Origin: a candidate division WOR-3 bacterium
GTDB taxonomy: Bacteria > Hydrothermota > 32-111
NCBI GenBank assembly: GCA_039804105.1
Contig: JBDRZU010000002.1
Coordinates: 96,001 to 160,000 of the forward strand
Length of the DNA stretch: 64,000 bases
Direction: 5' to 3'
Positions 10,586 through 21,883 of this stretch are shown piece after piece. The notes under the pieces are model-generated. The model worked only from the letters and a program-made list of their open reading frames with translations. It had not been told where the DNA came from and made no database searches. The translations under genes and the position numbers were made by a program. How positions within the stretch are numbered: position 1 is the first letter of the stretch; the number at the start of each line of letters is the position of its first letter.

Positions 10586-11355
10586 AACACTAAAAACAAT
10601 CCGATCAATAAAGTATATATTGAAAAAAGATAAAACTTTTTGCTTCTCAATACCTTATAAAGCACAACCAGAGCCAGATAACCGGTCAAAAATGAGATAA
10701 GAATTCCAGCAAATATGTTCATATCAAAAAAGAATTTCACATCTATAAACTCTTTGATGAAAGAACCTAAAATTATAGGCATAGCCATAAAAAAAGAAAA
10801 ATCTGATGCCTTTTCAGGTTCAACACCTAAAAAAAGTGCTATTGAGATAGTCGTTCCAGATCTTGAAATTCCAGGCAAGAGCGATATTGTTTGAAACAAC
10901 CCGACAACTATTGATTCAAAGATGTTTACACTCTTCATTCTGTTTTTTGAAAATTTTGTTGAAAAAAGGATCATAGAGAGAATAAGATAAAAGATTCCTA
11001 TCAAAAAGATATCTGAAAAAACCTTTTCAACAAAATCGTTCATTAACATCCCAGCAATTGCAGCAGGGATTATTCCTATAAGAACAAGTGATACAAAATT
11101 TATATTCTCTTTTTTTCCCTTTTTATCCTTTAAATCAGAATACATACCTTTTAAAAGGTCTATTATTTTTGTTCTAAAGAAAACCAAGAGTGAAAAGAAT
11201 GTTCCAAGATGTAAAGATGTTTCAAAAAAAAGATTTTTTGTTGTGATTCCAAAGATATTCTTCAGAATCGCAATGTGACCTGAAGAGGAAACAGGTAAAA
11301 ATTCTGTTATCCCCTGAACAAATCCAAACAATGAATGGTAAAAAAGTTCTTTCAT
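10561..11355 (-). CDS. uppP: Undecaprenyl-diphosphate phosphatase
   Basis: VQGITEFLPVSSSGH and PGISRSGTTI. Confidence 0.95.
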   Translation of the reverse strand: MKELFYHSLFGFVQGITEFLPVSSSGHIAILKNIFGITTKNLFFETSLHLGTFFSLLVFFRTKIIDLLKGMYSDLKDKKGKKENINFVSLVLIGIIPAAIAGMLMNDFVEKVFSDIFLIGIFYLILSMILFSTKFSKNRMKSVNIFESIVVGLFQTISLLPGISRSGTTISIALFLGVEPEKASDFSFFMAMPIILGSFIKEFIDVKFFFDMNIFAGILISFLTGYLALVVLYKVLRSKKFYLFSIYTLLIGLFLVLWKIKEFF

Positions 11356-12197
11356 TTTCCTCCAAGGAATATTGCAAGAAGTCCTACAAGCATATCGTAT
11401 TTTATCAAGGAGTTTACAACTCTTTTCGTCTTTAAATCGTTGAATATGTAAAATATCAAAAGCATAACTATTATAATCAGATCAACACCGAAGAATGCAA
11501 CAAGCATATACAATTTGTTGTATATACCTAAAAGATAGGGTATGAAAGTTAGTATGATAAGGATGATGAAAACAAAAATAGCAACAAACAGGGAATTCTC
11601 TTCACCTAAAACTATCGGTAATGTCTTCCTTCCAATATACTTATCACCATTGATATCCTCAATATCTTTTAAAATTTCTCTACCGAGTGTCATAAAAAAT
11701 GCAAATATAGCAGGGAAAACTCCTTTTGATATATCCCCAGCGATTTCAGAACCAAAAATAAAAAGGAGTCCTGAAAGAAGAGAAATTATAAGATTCCCTA
11801 AAAAAGGTATCCTTTTTAGTTTGTAAGAATATAGATAAAGTATCACTGTTGAAAAAACAACTATCAAAAGCAATTTCCATGATAAAAAGAAAGATATAAA
11901 GAATGATAAAATTGAAAACAAAAAATAAATGAAATATACAAATTTTGTGTTAAATTTTGATTTCACAAGTGGTCTTTGAGGCTTGTTGATTCTATCGGTT
12001 TCAAGATCAAATATATCGTTTATTATGTTACCAGCAAACATCACAAAAAATACGACAAGTATGCCTAAATATAATCGAAAATCTTTTAGATCGAATCTTA
12101 CAAGCAAATATGAAACAAAAACACCAAACCCACCTATCAAAGCGTTGTTGACTCTTAAAAGTTTAATTATATCAAAAAAACTATTGTTTTTTACCAT
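11352..12197 (-). CDS. UbiA-family prenyltransferase, DGGGP-synthase-like
   Basis: NIINDIFDLETDRINKPQRP and REILKDIEDINGD motifs; multi-TM. Confidence 0.85.
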   Translation of the reverse strand: MVKNNSFFDIIKLLRVNNALIGGFGVFVSYLLVRFDLKDFRLYLGILVVFFVMFAGNIINDIFDLETDRINKPQRPLVKSKFNTKFVYFIYFLFSILSFFISFFLSWKLLLIVVFSTVILYLYSYKLKRIPFLGNLIISLLSGLLFIFGSEIAGDISKGVFPAIFAFFMTLGREILKDIEDINGDKYIGRKTLPIVLGEENSLFVAIFVFIILIILTFIPYLLGIYNKLYMLVAFFGVDLIIIVMLLIFYIFNDLKTKRVVNSLIKYDMLVGLLAIFLGGK

Positions 12198-13086
12198 CTT
12201 CTTTAAAAAGTTCTTTTAAACTTCCTAACGACGAGAGGATACCTGTTGCTTCGTATGGAATGAAGATCTTTGAACCGTTTCCATTTGCTATCTTTTCAAG
12301 TGCTTCAAGATATTTTAAAGTGATAACATCATTTGTTGCCTTACCATCATGTATCGCCTGAAAAACTGACTTTATCGCTTGTGCTTGACCTAATGCAACC
12401 AATATCTGCGCCTGTTGTTCACCTTCAGCAACTTTGATTTTACTCTCTCTTTCTCCTTCAGCTATCAAAATTTTTGACTGTTTTTCACCCTCAGCAAGAA
12501 GTATTGTGGCTCTTTTCTCTCTTTCGGCTTTCATCTGCTTTGTCATCGCTTCCTGTATCTCATCTGGTGGATTTATGTTTTTAAGTTCAACTCTGTTAAC
12601 CTTAACTCCCCATTTATTCGTTGCATCATCAAGTATAACTTGAAGTTCACTGTTTATCTTGGCTCTTGAAACGAGTGTCTCATCAAGTGTCAGATCTCCT
12701 ATGACATTTCTTAAGGTTGTAATCGTCAACTTCTCTATAGCGTAAACAATGTTTGTTATTTCATACATCGCTTTGTATGGTTCAGTTATCTGATAATAGA
12801 TAACCGTATCGATTTGCATTGTTACATTGTCTTTTGTTATAACCGGTTGCGGGGGAAAATCGAGAACCTGTTCCCTTAAATCGATTCTCACAAGATACCT
12901 TGGCCCAAAAGCTATTGGTCTTATTGTATCGATAATAGGTATTATCACATGGATTCCACTTTTTAGTGTTGCTCTATATTTACCAAACCTCTCTATGATT
13001 ACAACTTCTGCCTGACGGACAATGATAACAGCTTTTGATAAAAAAATTATAACAGCAAAAATGATGAAAAACCATAAAAGTATCAT
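12181..13086 (-). CDS. SPFH/Band-7 (QmcA/stomatin-like) membrane protein
   Basis: IERFGKY, QPVITKDNV, WGVKVNRVE, QMKAEREKRA. Confidence 0.93.
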   Translation of the reverse strand: MILLWFFIIFAVIIFLSKAVIIVRQAEVVIIERFGKYRATLKSGIHVIIPIIDTIRPIAFGPRYLVRIDLREQVLDFPPQPVITKDNVTMQIDTVIYYQITEPYKAMYEITNIVYAIEKLTITTLRNVIGDLTLDETLVSRAKINSELQVILDDATNKWGVKVNRVELKNINPPDEIQEAMTKQMKAEREKRATILLAEGEKQSKILIAEGERESKIKVAEGEQQAQILVALGQAQAIKSVFQAIHDGKATNDVITLKYLEALEKIANGNGSKIFIPYEATGILSSLGSLKELFKEDGKKQ

Positions 13087-14516
13087 ATTCTCTCCTTTTT
13101 AGATTTAAAAACCAGATTACCTTCTTTATAAGTTTCAACTATTTTTACATCGTCTTCATTTATTTTTTTATCTGTAACTATAAAATCGGCCTTAAACCCC
13201 TTTAAAAGTTTTCCAAGTTTTTTTTCTTCATGAACGATTCTCGCACCACCTTCAGTGTAACACTTGAATCCATCAATAAAATCGATCCTTTGTTCCTCAA
13301 AAAGAGCTTTCTTTAAAGAATTTAAACCATAAAGCGGTGAAGGAGGCATACAGTCAGACCCAAAACCTAAGGGTATCTTCTTGTTAAAAATGTATCTAAA
13401 TACATTGTTAAATTCAAAATAATTTTTACTCAACCTCTCTTCATACATCTGCCCTTTTAAACCCCAGTTTCCAATAAAATTCGGTTGCATCGAAAGGAAT
13501 ATACCTTTTTCTTTAACCTTTTCTATCTGTTCTTTTGAAGAAATTTCAAAATGTTCAATTCTATGACCTTCTGGATCTGATAGGTTTTTAAGAACAAAAT
13601 CTGTTGCCCTGTCTCCTATTGAATGTATAGCAAGTTGATAATTTTTCTCCTTTGCTATTAAAACTATCTGTTTAAAATCTTTTTCACTTATAAAAATTTT
13701 TCCTCTTTGACCATTTTTGTAATTTTTATATACAGCAGCAGTAAAAGCACCTATAGATCCATCAGTAAAAATTTTTAGCCCCTTCAATTTTATCCTATCT
13801 TTATCTTTCCACTCCGAGAGTTTTTTTTCGTTCTCCCATGGAAAATAAAAAAATATATCAAGAACACTATCTACTTCACTGTAAACATCAAGTGAGTCAA
13901 AAGTAGCCATATCTGAAACAGATGTAATACCAAAAGATAAAAATTTTTCCTGTGCAATTTTGAACGCTTTAAAAAGTTCTTTTTTATCAGGTTTGAAAAT
14001 AGTGTTCAATTTTAAAACTATACCTTCTTTTAACACTCCATCATCACTAAAATCTTCAAACTTTTCTGATTTTTTCAAATATTCTATCGCTTCACTGTTA
14101 AAAACGGCAATATGCCCACAAACTCTTCTTACGATAACGGGAACATTTTTGAAATGTTGATCAAGAATTTTTTTATTTAGTTTTTCTTTTTTTAAAAACT
14201 TTGTTTCATCATAACCCTCTGCTATTACAAATTTTGAATCCTTGTTATCTTTTAAATACTTTTTGACCCTATCTATGATTTCCTCAACACTCTTAACACC
14301 TGTTAGGTTACACCTTAAAAGGTTGAGTCCATACCAGATCATATGAGTGTGTGAATCAAAAAAGGAAGGATAGATATATTTGTTTGTTAAAACTATATGC
14401 TTATCAAAAACTTTAATTTTTTCATTATCTAAAGAAACAACTTTTCCATTTTCAACTAAAAGAAAATTTTTAAAACTTTTTCCATCAAAAATTTTTGATT
14501 CGAATAAAATTTTCAT
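13083..14516 (-). CDS. Amidohydrolase family 3 (YtcJ-like)
   Basis: [30 protein letters not shown]. Confidence 0.88.
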   Translation of the reverse strand: MKILFESKIFDGKSFKNFLLVENGKVVSLDNEKIKVFDKHIVLTNKYIYPSFFDSHTHMIWYGLNLLRCNLTGVKSVEEIIDRVKKYLKDNKDSKFVIAEGYDETKFLKKEKLNKKILDQHFKNVPVIVRRVCGHIAVFNSEAIEYLKKSEKFEDFSDDGVLKEGIVLKLNTIFKPDKKELFKAFKIAQEKFLSFGITSVSDMATFDSLDVYSEVDSVLDIFFYFPWENEKKLSEWKDKDRIKLKGLKIFTDGSIGAFTAAVYKNYKNGQRGKIFISEKDFKQIVLIAKEKNYQLAIHSIGDRATDFVLKNLSDPEGHRIEHFEISSKEQIEKVKEKGIFLSMQPNFIGNWGLKGQMYEERLSKNYFEFNNVFRYIFNKKIPLGFGSDCMPPSPLYGLNSLKKALFEEQRIDFIDGFKCYTEGGARIVHEEKKLGKLLKGFKADFIVTDKKINEDDVKIVETYKEGNLVFKSKKERI

Positions 14517-16246
14517 GATTCTATATCCAAAAATGGTCTTAACATATCCGCTCTGTTTTTATGAGCAAGTTTTTCAAGTGCTTTTGCCTCTATCTGTCTA
14601 ACTCTTTCCCTTGTAACATCGAGTATCTCTCCGACTTCTTCAAGTGTCCTCTGGTAACCATCCTGTAAACCAAACCTCAACTTTAAAACTGTTTGTTGTC
14701 GAGGAGAAAGATCTGAAAGCACAAGATCAAGTTTTTCCCTCAACATCGAAAGCATCGCATGATGTTGTGGAGATTTCTGATCAACATCCTCAATAACATC
14801 ACTGAATTTTGATTCATCACTATCACCTATAGGCTTATCAAGAGATATTGTTTCCTGTGCTATCTTGTACACACTCTTTATCTTCTCAAGCGGCATATCA
14901 AGTTTTTCAGCGATCTCTTCTTCTGATGGTTCCCTTCCAAGTTCCTGCATAAGATTTCTTGTAACCTTAACAACCTTATGCATAACTTCGATCATATGGA
15001 CTGGAACTCTTATTGTTCTCGCTTGATCTGCAATCGCTCTTGTAATAGATTGCCTGATCCACCATGTAGCATATGTGCTGAATTTGTATCCTTTTTGATA
15101 ATCAAATTTTTCAACCGCTTTCATCAAACCAACATTCCCTTCCTGTATAAGATCCATGAATTCAAGTCCTCTATTGGTGTATCTTTTCGCTATCGAAATC
15201 ACAAGTCGAACATTCGATTCCATCATCCTTTCTTTTGCTCTGTTAAGTTTTCTTTCATACTCATTAAGATTTTTAACAATTTTGCAGAACTCATCACAAT
15301 CACATTTCAAATTCTGTTCATAATCTTTTATTTTATTTTGTATCCTCTCTATCTCAAATGAAGCATTTTTAAAATCTTCTCTTTTAATATTCTTCCTTTT
15401 ATATTTGAGTGGAACAGTTCCCTGTGCTTTTGCATTTTTTAAAATATCATCTATAGAGGCGTCAAACCTCTTTTCGATCATTCTCAACTTTTCCTTTTCA
15501 AACTCTATCTCTTTCGATAATTCCCTGTACTCTTTTATGTATTGGTTCAAAAGCAATGGATTCAACTGTAGTTCCTCTATATAGCTGATGAGATTTTTAA
15601 ACACTTTTTCAACTTTCTGGTCTGTAGCAATTTTTTCTTCCTTTCTCATCTTTGCATAACCTTTTTTCAACTCTTTTATCTTTTTTAAACTCTCTTTAAC
15701 CTTCGCGTATATATTTTTCAACCTCTGGATCTTCTTTTTCTGTGAAAGTTCTGATGAGATTTTTGGATCCTCAATATGAAAATATTGATCTATTGATTCA
15801 CCTTCAACAACAACCTTGTTGAAAAATTCATCAAGATATGAAAAAGTTTTTTCAACTGAAAAAAGGTTTGTCAATATTCCCCTTCTTCCTTCCTCTATAA
15901 GTTTTGAAATCTCTATCTCTTCTTCCTTTGTCAAAAGATCTATTGATTTCATCTCGTTAAGATACATTTTTATCGGATCATCATTTCTGACCTCTTCCAC
16001 TTCCCTTTTTTCATCTTCGCCTCTAATATAAGATTCTCCGATCGTTTTTTCGGTTTCATCTTCAACAAGAACTATCCCAAGACTTTGCATCCTCTTTATA
16101 AGCGTTTCTATAAGATCAACTCTAAAATCATCCGGCAGAATCTCATTTAACTTCTGATAGGAAAGTTCACCTCCATTGGAACTCTCTTTTACTATCATTT
16201 CGATAATTTCATCAAGAGGATCGTAGTTCTTGCTATTTTTCACCAT
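14513..16246 (-). CDS. rpoD: RNA polymerase primary sigma factor
   Basis: [61 protein letters not shown]; follows dnaG. Confidence 0.97.
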   Translation of the reverse strand: MVKNSKNYDPLDEIIEMIVKESSNGGELSYQKLNEILPDDFRVDLIETLIKRMQSLGIVLVEDETEKTIGESYIRGEDEKREVEEVRNDDPIKMYLNEMKSIDLLTKEEEIEISKLIEEGRRGILTNLFSVEKTFSYLDEFFNKVVVEGESIDQYFHIEDPKISSELSQKKKIQRLKNIYAKVKESLKKIKELKKGYAKMRKEEKIATDQKVEKVFKNLISYIEELQLNPLLLNQYIKEYRELSKEIEFEKEKLRMIEKRFDASIDDILKNAKAQGTVPLKYKRKNIKREDFKNASFEIERIQNKIKDYEQNLKCDCDEFCKIVKNLNEYERKLNRAKERMMESNVRLVISIAKRYTNRGLEFMDLIQEGNVGLMKAVEKFDYQKGYKFSTYATWWIRQSITRAIADQARTIRVPVHMIEVMHKVVKVTRNLMQELGREPSEEEIAEKLDMPLEKIKSVYKIAQETISLDKPIGDSDESKFSDVIEDVDQKSPQHHAMLSMLREKLDLVLSDLSPRQQTVLKLRFGLQDGYQRTLEEVGEILDVTRERVRQIEAKALEKLAHKNRADMLRPFLDIES

Positions 16247-17950
16247 TTACTTTCCCCCTTTAAGTTTTTTTTGAATAAGAATCTTGATCTCAAGTAATCT
16301 ATCCCTTTCCTCTTCATCGGTACAGTTTTTAATTTGAGTTTCTATTTCTTTTATCTTTCTTTCAAGTTTTTTTCTCTTCAATATTGAAAGAATGTCTTTG
16401 ATTTTCTTCTCATCGGGAAGATTATTTGAGTAGTAATCCATCCTTTCAATAATTTTATTTTTAAGATTTATAATTTTATCATTCTTTAATAAAAAATCAA
16501 CATTGTTTTCCCACTTTTCCTCGATAGAGTTGCATACTGAAACAAAAACACCTTTGAGATTAAGATCTAAAAAATCCTCCTCTTCGATTTCAGAGCAAAA
16601 AGTTTTACAAAGATTTTTATCCACAAGCATCAAAGATACTATATCAACATAGACATTTACAAGACCTGCATCATTTTTTTCATCCTTTATTTTTTTGGAT
16701 CCCTTACTTTCTTCAAGATTCACCTCAAAACCCAGTTCTTTTTTAACCATATCTCTATATAAAAATTTTAAAGATTTATCTTCAATACCATTTATTGAGG
16801 ATGACAGAAATGTTAATAGATGTTTCTTTGATAGCATCCTATCTTTTTCCTTTTTCAAGAAAAAATCTGTTGAAAACTTTATAATATCAACAAAATCTTT
16901 GTTCAAAAATTCATGAGTTATCTTTTGCGTATTTTTTACAAGTTCGTCTGGATCCTTAAACTTTTCATTTTTATAAACCTCAACTATCAAACCTTCCTTT
17001 AAAAGTATCGGGATCGATCTCATCGTGGCATTTTGCCCTGCATCGTCTGAATCGTACATTAAAATGACCTTTTCACAGAATTTTTTTAAAATTTTTGCTT
17101 GATTTTCCGTACATGCAGTTCCAAGTTGAGCAACAATGTTTTTTATACCACTTTTATAAAGAGATATAAAGTCCATATAACCTTCAACAAGAATTGCATA
17201 GTTTTCCTCAGATATATATTTTCTACTCAGATTCAATCCATATAGAAAATCTCCCTTTTTATAAACCGGTGTTTGTTGTGTATTAACATACTTTGGGAGT
17301 TCATCACCGAGAACTCTACCACCAAATCCAAGAATGTTTCCTGTTATGGAAAAAATTGGAAACATTATTCTGTTGTAGAAAACTTCTCGATATTTCCCAT
17401 CCTCATTTTTTATTACCAATCCAGCCTTTATAAAATCTTCTATATTCAGGTTACTCTCTTTTATATTTTTCAAAAGTGTTCTCTCTCCATCAGCATAACC
17501 AAGAGTAAACAAAGAAATGTCTTCCTCGTTTAAACCTCTTTTTTCAAGATAGGAAAGAACATTTTTACTTTTTTTTAAACTTTTATGATAAATATCACAT
17601 GCGAATCTGTTGACTTCAAAGATTATAGATGCTATACCCCTTTCCTGAGTTTTTAAATAACTTTTAATATCGATTCCACTTTTTCTTGCAAGTATTTCAA
17701 CAGCATCCTTAAAATCAACATTTTCGATAAACTGGATGAATGTGATAACATCACCCCCCTTACCACAACCGAAACAATGGAAAAAACCTCTCTGTGGATG
17801 AACAAAAAAGGAAGGTGTTTTCTCTGAATGGAAAGGACATAACCCCTTCAGTGAACTTCCACTTTTCTTTAATTTAACATACTCTGAAACAACAGAATCT
17901 ATTGGGTTTAACTCTTTTATCTTAAAAATTAGATCTTCATAATTGAGCAT
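16247..17950 (-). CDS. dnaG: DNA primase
   Basis: CPFHSEKTPSF...CFGC zinc finger, FGGR, KYVN, VEGYMD, YDSDDAG. Confidence 0.97.
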   Translation of the reverse strand: MLNYEDLIFKIKELNPIDSVVSEYVKLKKSGSSLKGLCPFHSEKTPSFFVHPQRGFFHCFGCGKGGDVITFIQFIENVDFKDAVEILARKSGIDIKSYLKTQERGIASIIFEVNRFACDIYHKSLKKSKNVLSYLEKRGLNEEDISLFTLGYADGERTLLKNIKESNLNIEDFIKAGLVIKNEDGKYREVFYNRIMFPIFSITGNILGFGGRVLGDELPKYVNTQQTPVYKKGDFLYGLNLSRKYISEENYAILVEGYMDFISLYKSGIKNIVAQLGTACTENQAKILKKFCEKVILMYDSDDAGQNATMRSIPILLKEGLIVEVYKNEKFKDPDELVKNTQKITHEFLNKDFVDIIKFSTDFFLKKEKDRMLSKKHLLTFLSSSINGIEDKSLKFLYRDMVKKELGFEVNLEESKGSKKIKDEKNDAGLVNVYVDIVSLMLVDKNLCKTFCSEIEEEDFLDLNLKGVFVSVCNSIEEKWENNVDFLLKNDKIINLKNKIIERMDYYSNNLPDEKKIKDILSILKRKKLERKIKEIETQIKNCTDEEERDRLLEIKILIQKKLKGGK

Positions 17951-18029
17951 AAATTTAATATAATCCTATTTTATTAAAAATCAATATTATAATTGACTAT
18001 TTTGAATCATAACAATATAATAATTTTTT

Positions 18030-20033
18030 ATGAGAGATCTCAACCTTATCCTTTCGATCCTGTTACTATTTATAGTTTCTGCAATTTTGAATCTTGCCGT
18101 TTCTTTTGAAATAAACAACTTTGCACAAATATTTTTGGGTTTAATTTTTATATTCTTTTTTTTATTCTATTTTATAAGATTTTTTTTCTATCCAAATCAC
18201 CTCTTCTTTCTTCTACCTTTAACTTTTCTTGTGCCATTTTTAAACGAAAATTTTGGTTGGTTTTTGTATTTTATCCTTCTTTCACTTTCTACTGTGCTTG
18301 GAATTTTAGATTATGAAAGGAAAAAGGTTAATTTCTATTTCTTTCTATTCACATTTTTTTTATGGATAAGAACTTATTTTCACAACAATGACAAGATACT
18401 ATATACAAGTGTAATAACTGCAACAACTTTTATAACTCTGCTGCTTGCTGGTAAAGAAAAATCTAAAAAAAGAAACCTTGAAGAAAAGTATGAAAATCTT
18501 TCATCTAAAAATAAAATCATTGAGATCTCTCCATTTATGCTTGAAAAAGAGCAAATTTTAAACGATGATTTAGAAAAAAATAAGATGATTTTAAGTACCA
18601 TAGACGACGCTATAGTTTCTCTCCTTTCAACTTTGAAAATTCTTCTTAACAACAAAAGTGTAGTTTTTTTTATTTTAAATAAAAAAAACGGTTACCTTTT
18701 TATAGAGTATGGACTCTCTAATGAGGATATAAATCTTAAGAAAACTGTTTTCAATAAAGAAAATTTTCTTTATTCCGTTGTCAACGACCTGAAAAATATA
18801 AAGGATAATTTTTTCACAGGCGATATTTCAAAATTATCGCTTTACAAAAATAATACGACCGTACGATCTATAGTATCTTTACCTGTTATAAAATCTGGAG
18901 AATGTGTTGGGGTTTTATATGTTGATGACACTGAAGAGGAAAAATTTAAAGATAAGGATATGCAAACGATTAAACTTTTTTCGGATCAGATTGGAATGAT
19001 ATTAAACTTTGCAGAATATGCTCAACAGGCAAAGACGGAAGCAACAGTTATTTCGATTTTGAACGAGATAACACATAAACTCTCAAAAACACTCGATTTT
19101 GAAGAGATAATCAAAATAATAATAGGTTCTTTAAGAATCATTATAGATTTTTCAAACTATTTTCTTGTTTCCTTTGAGAAATCGAATCTTAAGATTTTGA
19201 TGACCGATTCTAACATAAAAAAATATCCTCAAACGATTTCTGAAAACAGTTTTTTACATCTTGCATTCAAGCAGGACAATGTTTTTTATAAAACAGATCT
19301 TCTTGATAGAGATATTCCAATCTATCTTTTTCAAAAAGGTGACAATGTAGGACTTTTTAACTCAGCAATATCAATACCTGTTTTTCTCGATGAAGAAAAA
19401 AGAATATTTTTGATTTTGATATCTGGTGAGAATCTTTCGATCGATTCAGGGAAAAATTTTCTTTTAAACTTTATCTCGGATATAACGATTACAGCATCCG
19501 AAAAATCATTTTTATATCAGAAGACGAAAGATCTTGCGATCAAAGACGGGCTAACGGGAATTTATAACCATAGATTTTTTCAAGATGAACTTACAAAAAT
19601 CCTTTTGAATTCACAACGCACCGATAAAAAGGTCTCTCTTGGACTTTTGGATATAGATTATTTCAAAAAATTCAACGATACTTATGGACACCAGATAGGT
19701 GATCTGGTTTTAAAACATATTGCAAACATTTTACAACAGTCCCTGAGAAAAACAGATCTTGTTGCGAGGTATGGAGGAGAGGAATTCGTTATAGTTTTGA
19801 CAAATATAAAGGACGATTCTTTTGAAAACGTATTTGAAAACATTAGAAAAAAGATTGAGGATACTAAAATCAAAATTTCGTCAAACGAAGAATTGAGCGT
19901 TACAGTGAGTATCGGATTTTCTCTGTTTCCAGATGATACAAAGGATAAAAACCTTTTGATAAACTTTGCGGATACTGCACTCTATAAGGCAAAAGAACTT
20001 GGTAGAAACAGAGTGGTTAGATATCAAAAATAA
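18030..20033 (+). CDS. Membrane-anchored GAF-domain diguanylate cyclase
   Basis: N-terminal TMs, GAF-like segments, DGLTGIYN, DIDYFK, RKTD I-site and RYGGEEF. Confidence 0.92.
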   Translation: MRDLNLILSILLLFIVSAILNLAVSFEINNFAQIFLGLIFIFFFLFYFIRFFFYPNHLFFLLPLTFLVPFLNENFGWFLYFILLSLSTVLGILDYERKKVNFYFFLFTFFLWIRTYFHNNDKILYTSVITATTFITLLLAGKEKSKKRNLEEKYENLSSKNKIIEISPFMLEKEQILNDDLEKNKMILSTIDDAIVSLLSTLKILLNNKSVVFFILNKKNGYLFIEYGLSNEDINLKKTVFNKENFLYSVVNDLKNIKDNFFTGDISKLSLYKNNTTVRSIVSLPVIKSGECVGVLYVDDTEEEKFKDKDMQTIKLFSDQIGMILNFAEYAQQAKTEATVISILNEITHKLSKTLDFEEIIKIIIGSLRIIIDFSNYFLVSFEKSNLKILMTDSNIKKYPQTISENSFLHLAFKQDNVFYKTDLLDRDIPIYLFQKGDNVGLFNSAISIPVFLDEEKRIFLILISGENLSIDSGKNFLLNFISDITITASEKSFLYQKTKDLAIKDGLTGIYNHRFFQDELTKILLNSQRTDKKVSLGLLDIDYFKKFNDTYGHQIGDLVLKHIANILQQSLRKTDLVARYGGEEFVIVLTNIKDDSFENVFENIRKKIEDTKIKISSNEELSVTVSIGFSLFPDDTKDKNLLINFADTALYKAKELGRNRVVRYQK

Positions 20034-20683
20034 TCTTTGATCTTAAGGTATAGAAGATAGGTTGAAAGAACATCCATAGAACAGTATTTTGCGATTTCAA
20101 GAAATTTTTCTTCTCTATAATACTTTTCAACATCCTTACCAGACATATTAACCTTTGGAGAAGGTATATCAAAAACTTTGCAGTATATATCAAGGGAATT
20201 ACCTTTCAAAAGCCCACTCAAAGTTAAAACATCATAAACATCATAGTGCTCTTCTTTTCTAAATCTCGGGGTGTTAATATTCCTTGAAGGTTTTACGCCA
20301 TTGATTATTGCCCTGAAAGTTATAAAAGGGCAATCGAACCTTAACCCGTTGAAAGTTATAAACTTTGTACATCTTTTAACCCTATCATAAAAATTTTCCA
20401 GAATTTCCTTTTCGTTTGCTATTTTGAATATTCTTCTGTAACCGTTATAATCATCAACATAACTGTTATCAAATAGTGTATTCTGGGATGACTGATAGAA
20501 TGTTTCAATTATATTTCGATCAGCATCAAGAATCGAAATAGCAATTATTTTTCCAGAGGAAGGGTAGAGCCCTTTTTTTTCTTTAAAATCCTTATCCTTA
20601 TCCAGAAAATATTCTAAAACTTTTTCATCGATCTGGTCATCATCTATCCCAAAAGTTTCTATATCAAAACATATCTCACCCAT
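20024..20683 (-). CDS. DnaQ/RNase H-like 3'-5' exonuclease (PolB-exonuclease-like)
   Basis: FDIET, TFNGLRFDCPF, YCSMDV (DEDDy motifs). Confidence 0.85.
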   Translation of the reverse strand: MGEICFDIETFGIDDDQIDEKVLEYFLDKDKDFKEKKGLYPSSGKIIAISILDADRNIIETFYQSSQNTLFDNSYVDDYNGYRRIFKIANEKEILENFYDRVKRCTKFITFNGLRFDCPFITFRAIINGVKPSRNINTPRFRKEEHYDVYDVLTLSGLLKGNSLDIYCKVFDIPSPKVNMSGKDVEKYYREEKFLEIAKYCSMDVLSTYLLYLKIKDYF

Positions 20684-21338
20684 CTTTTTCTCCTATTAAA
20701 ATTTGTTTGAGTTCGAAAACATCATTTGCAAAGAATGTCGGTTTTATCAGTTTTTTTTCGTTTTCATCAATATAACCGTAGCAAACGATTATGGAATCTA
20801 TAGAGTTAAATTTTGCTCCATCAAAATCACTCTTTCTATCTCCAACCATTACAACACTTGCTTTTTCAATATTGAATCTTGTTATAATCGAATTTATTAA
20901 TTCCTCTTTACTCGCATTCGAACCATCCATTTCCGTTCCCTGAACAAATGTAAAATATTTTATAAGAGAAAAATGTTCTAAAATTTTCTGAGCAAATTTG
21001 GTTGGTTTTATAGTTGCAAGAAAAAGATTTTTCCCATCTCTCTTCAAACCATCTAAAAGTTCATAAATACCATCATACACTTTATTTTTGAACATCCCAT
21101 CTTCCTCAAATTTTTTTCTATACAAATTCACAGCAAGATCTATTTTTTCTTCGTTTTCAGTTTTTAGAACTTCTCTGTAAATTTTAAAAAGAGGTTCACC
21201 TATATATTTTTCCAACATTTTTCTTTCGATTCTTATTCCAAAATGTTGAAGTGAATAATCAAGAGAATCCACGATTCCATCTTTCGAATCAGTTAAAGTA
21301 CCATCAAGATCAAAAATTACATTTCGGTAATTTTTCAT
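20676..21338 (-). CDS. HAD-superfamily hydrolase (phosphoglycolate phosphatase/5'-nucleotidase-like)
   Basis: FDLDGTLTDS, ATIK, MVGDRKSD. Confidence 0.9.
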   Translation of the reverse strand: MKNYRNVIFDLDGTLTDSKDGIVDSLDYSLQHFGIRIERKMLEKYIGEPLFKIYREVLKTENEEKIDLAVNLYRKKFEEDGMFKNKVYDGIYELLDGLKRDGKNLFLATIKPTKFAQKILEHFSLIKYFTFVQGTEMDGSNASKEELINSIITRFNIEKASVVMVGDRKSDFDGAKFNSIDSIIVCYGYIDENEKKLIKPTFFANDVFELKQILIGEKDG

Positions 21339-21883
21339 AAATTCAATCCTTCAATCAAAGTTTTATAATGTTTTATTCTTTCCTTCAACACAAGTTTTTT
21401 TAAATTTTCACTTTTAATTCTATCGTTCAAAAAACCTTCGATACTAAGATAATTTTCGAGAAAATCAAAATAGATTTTTTCTTTCTCTCTTGATGAATTT
21501 AAACTAAAAATTGAGTTCTTTAAAAGTTCATAAAGTTTTCCAACACTTTCGGTTGGATATTTCTGTTTTCTTAAAATTTTAATCATTTCAATCATTACAT
21601 TAAATTTTTCCAAATCCTTCACAACACCTTCCGGGTAAAACAGTATCTGTGCTTTTGTGACTACATTAAGTTCCCTGTTCTCTTTATAAAATATTTCAAG
21701 ATAATTAACCGAGAGTTGTTCAAGAGGTGATTGTAACCTTCTGTTCTTTCTATAAAGACCTTTCACCAAAAAATTTTTACAACCGAATATTGGTGTAAAA
21801 ACTTCTACCAATCCACTGCTCTCAAGATACTTGTTTTTTTTGAAAACGATTCCTTCAGTTTCTATATAAGAAGTTTTTATCAT
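21335..21883 (-). CDS. recO: DNA repair protein RecO (short form)
   Basis: N-terminal OB fold TEGIVFKKNKYLESSGLVEVFT...VKG; operon context with phoH/ybeY. Only 182 aa. Confidence 0.75.
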   Translation of the reverse strand: MIKTSYIETEGIVFKKNKYLESSGLVEVFTPIFGCKNFLVKGLYRKNRRLQSPLEQLSVNYLEIFYKENRELNVVTKAQILFYPEGVVKDLEKFNVMIEMIKILRKQKYPTESVGKLYELLKNSIFSLNSSREKEKIYFDFLENYLSIEGFLNDRIKSENLKKLVLKERIKHYKTLIEGLNL

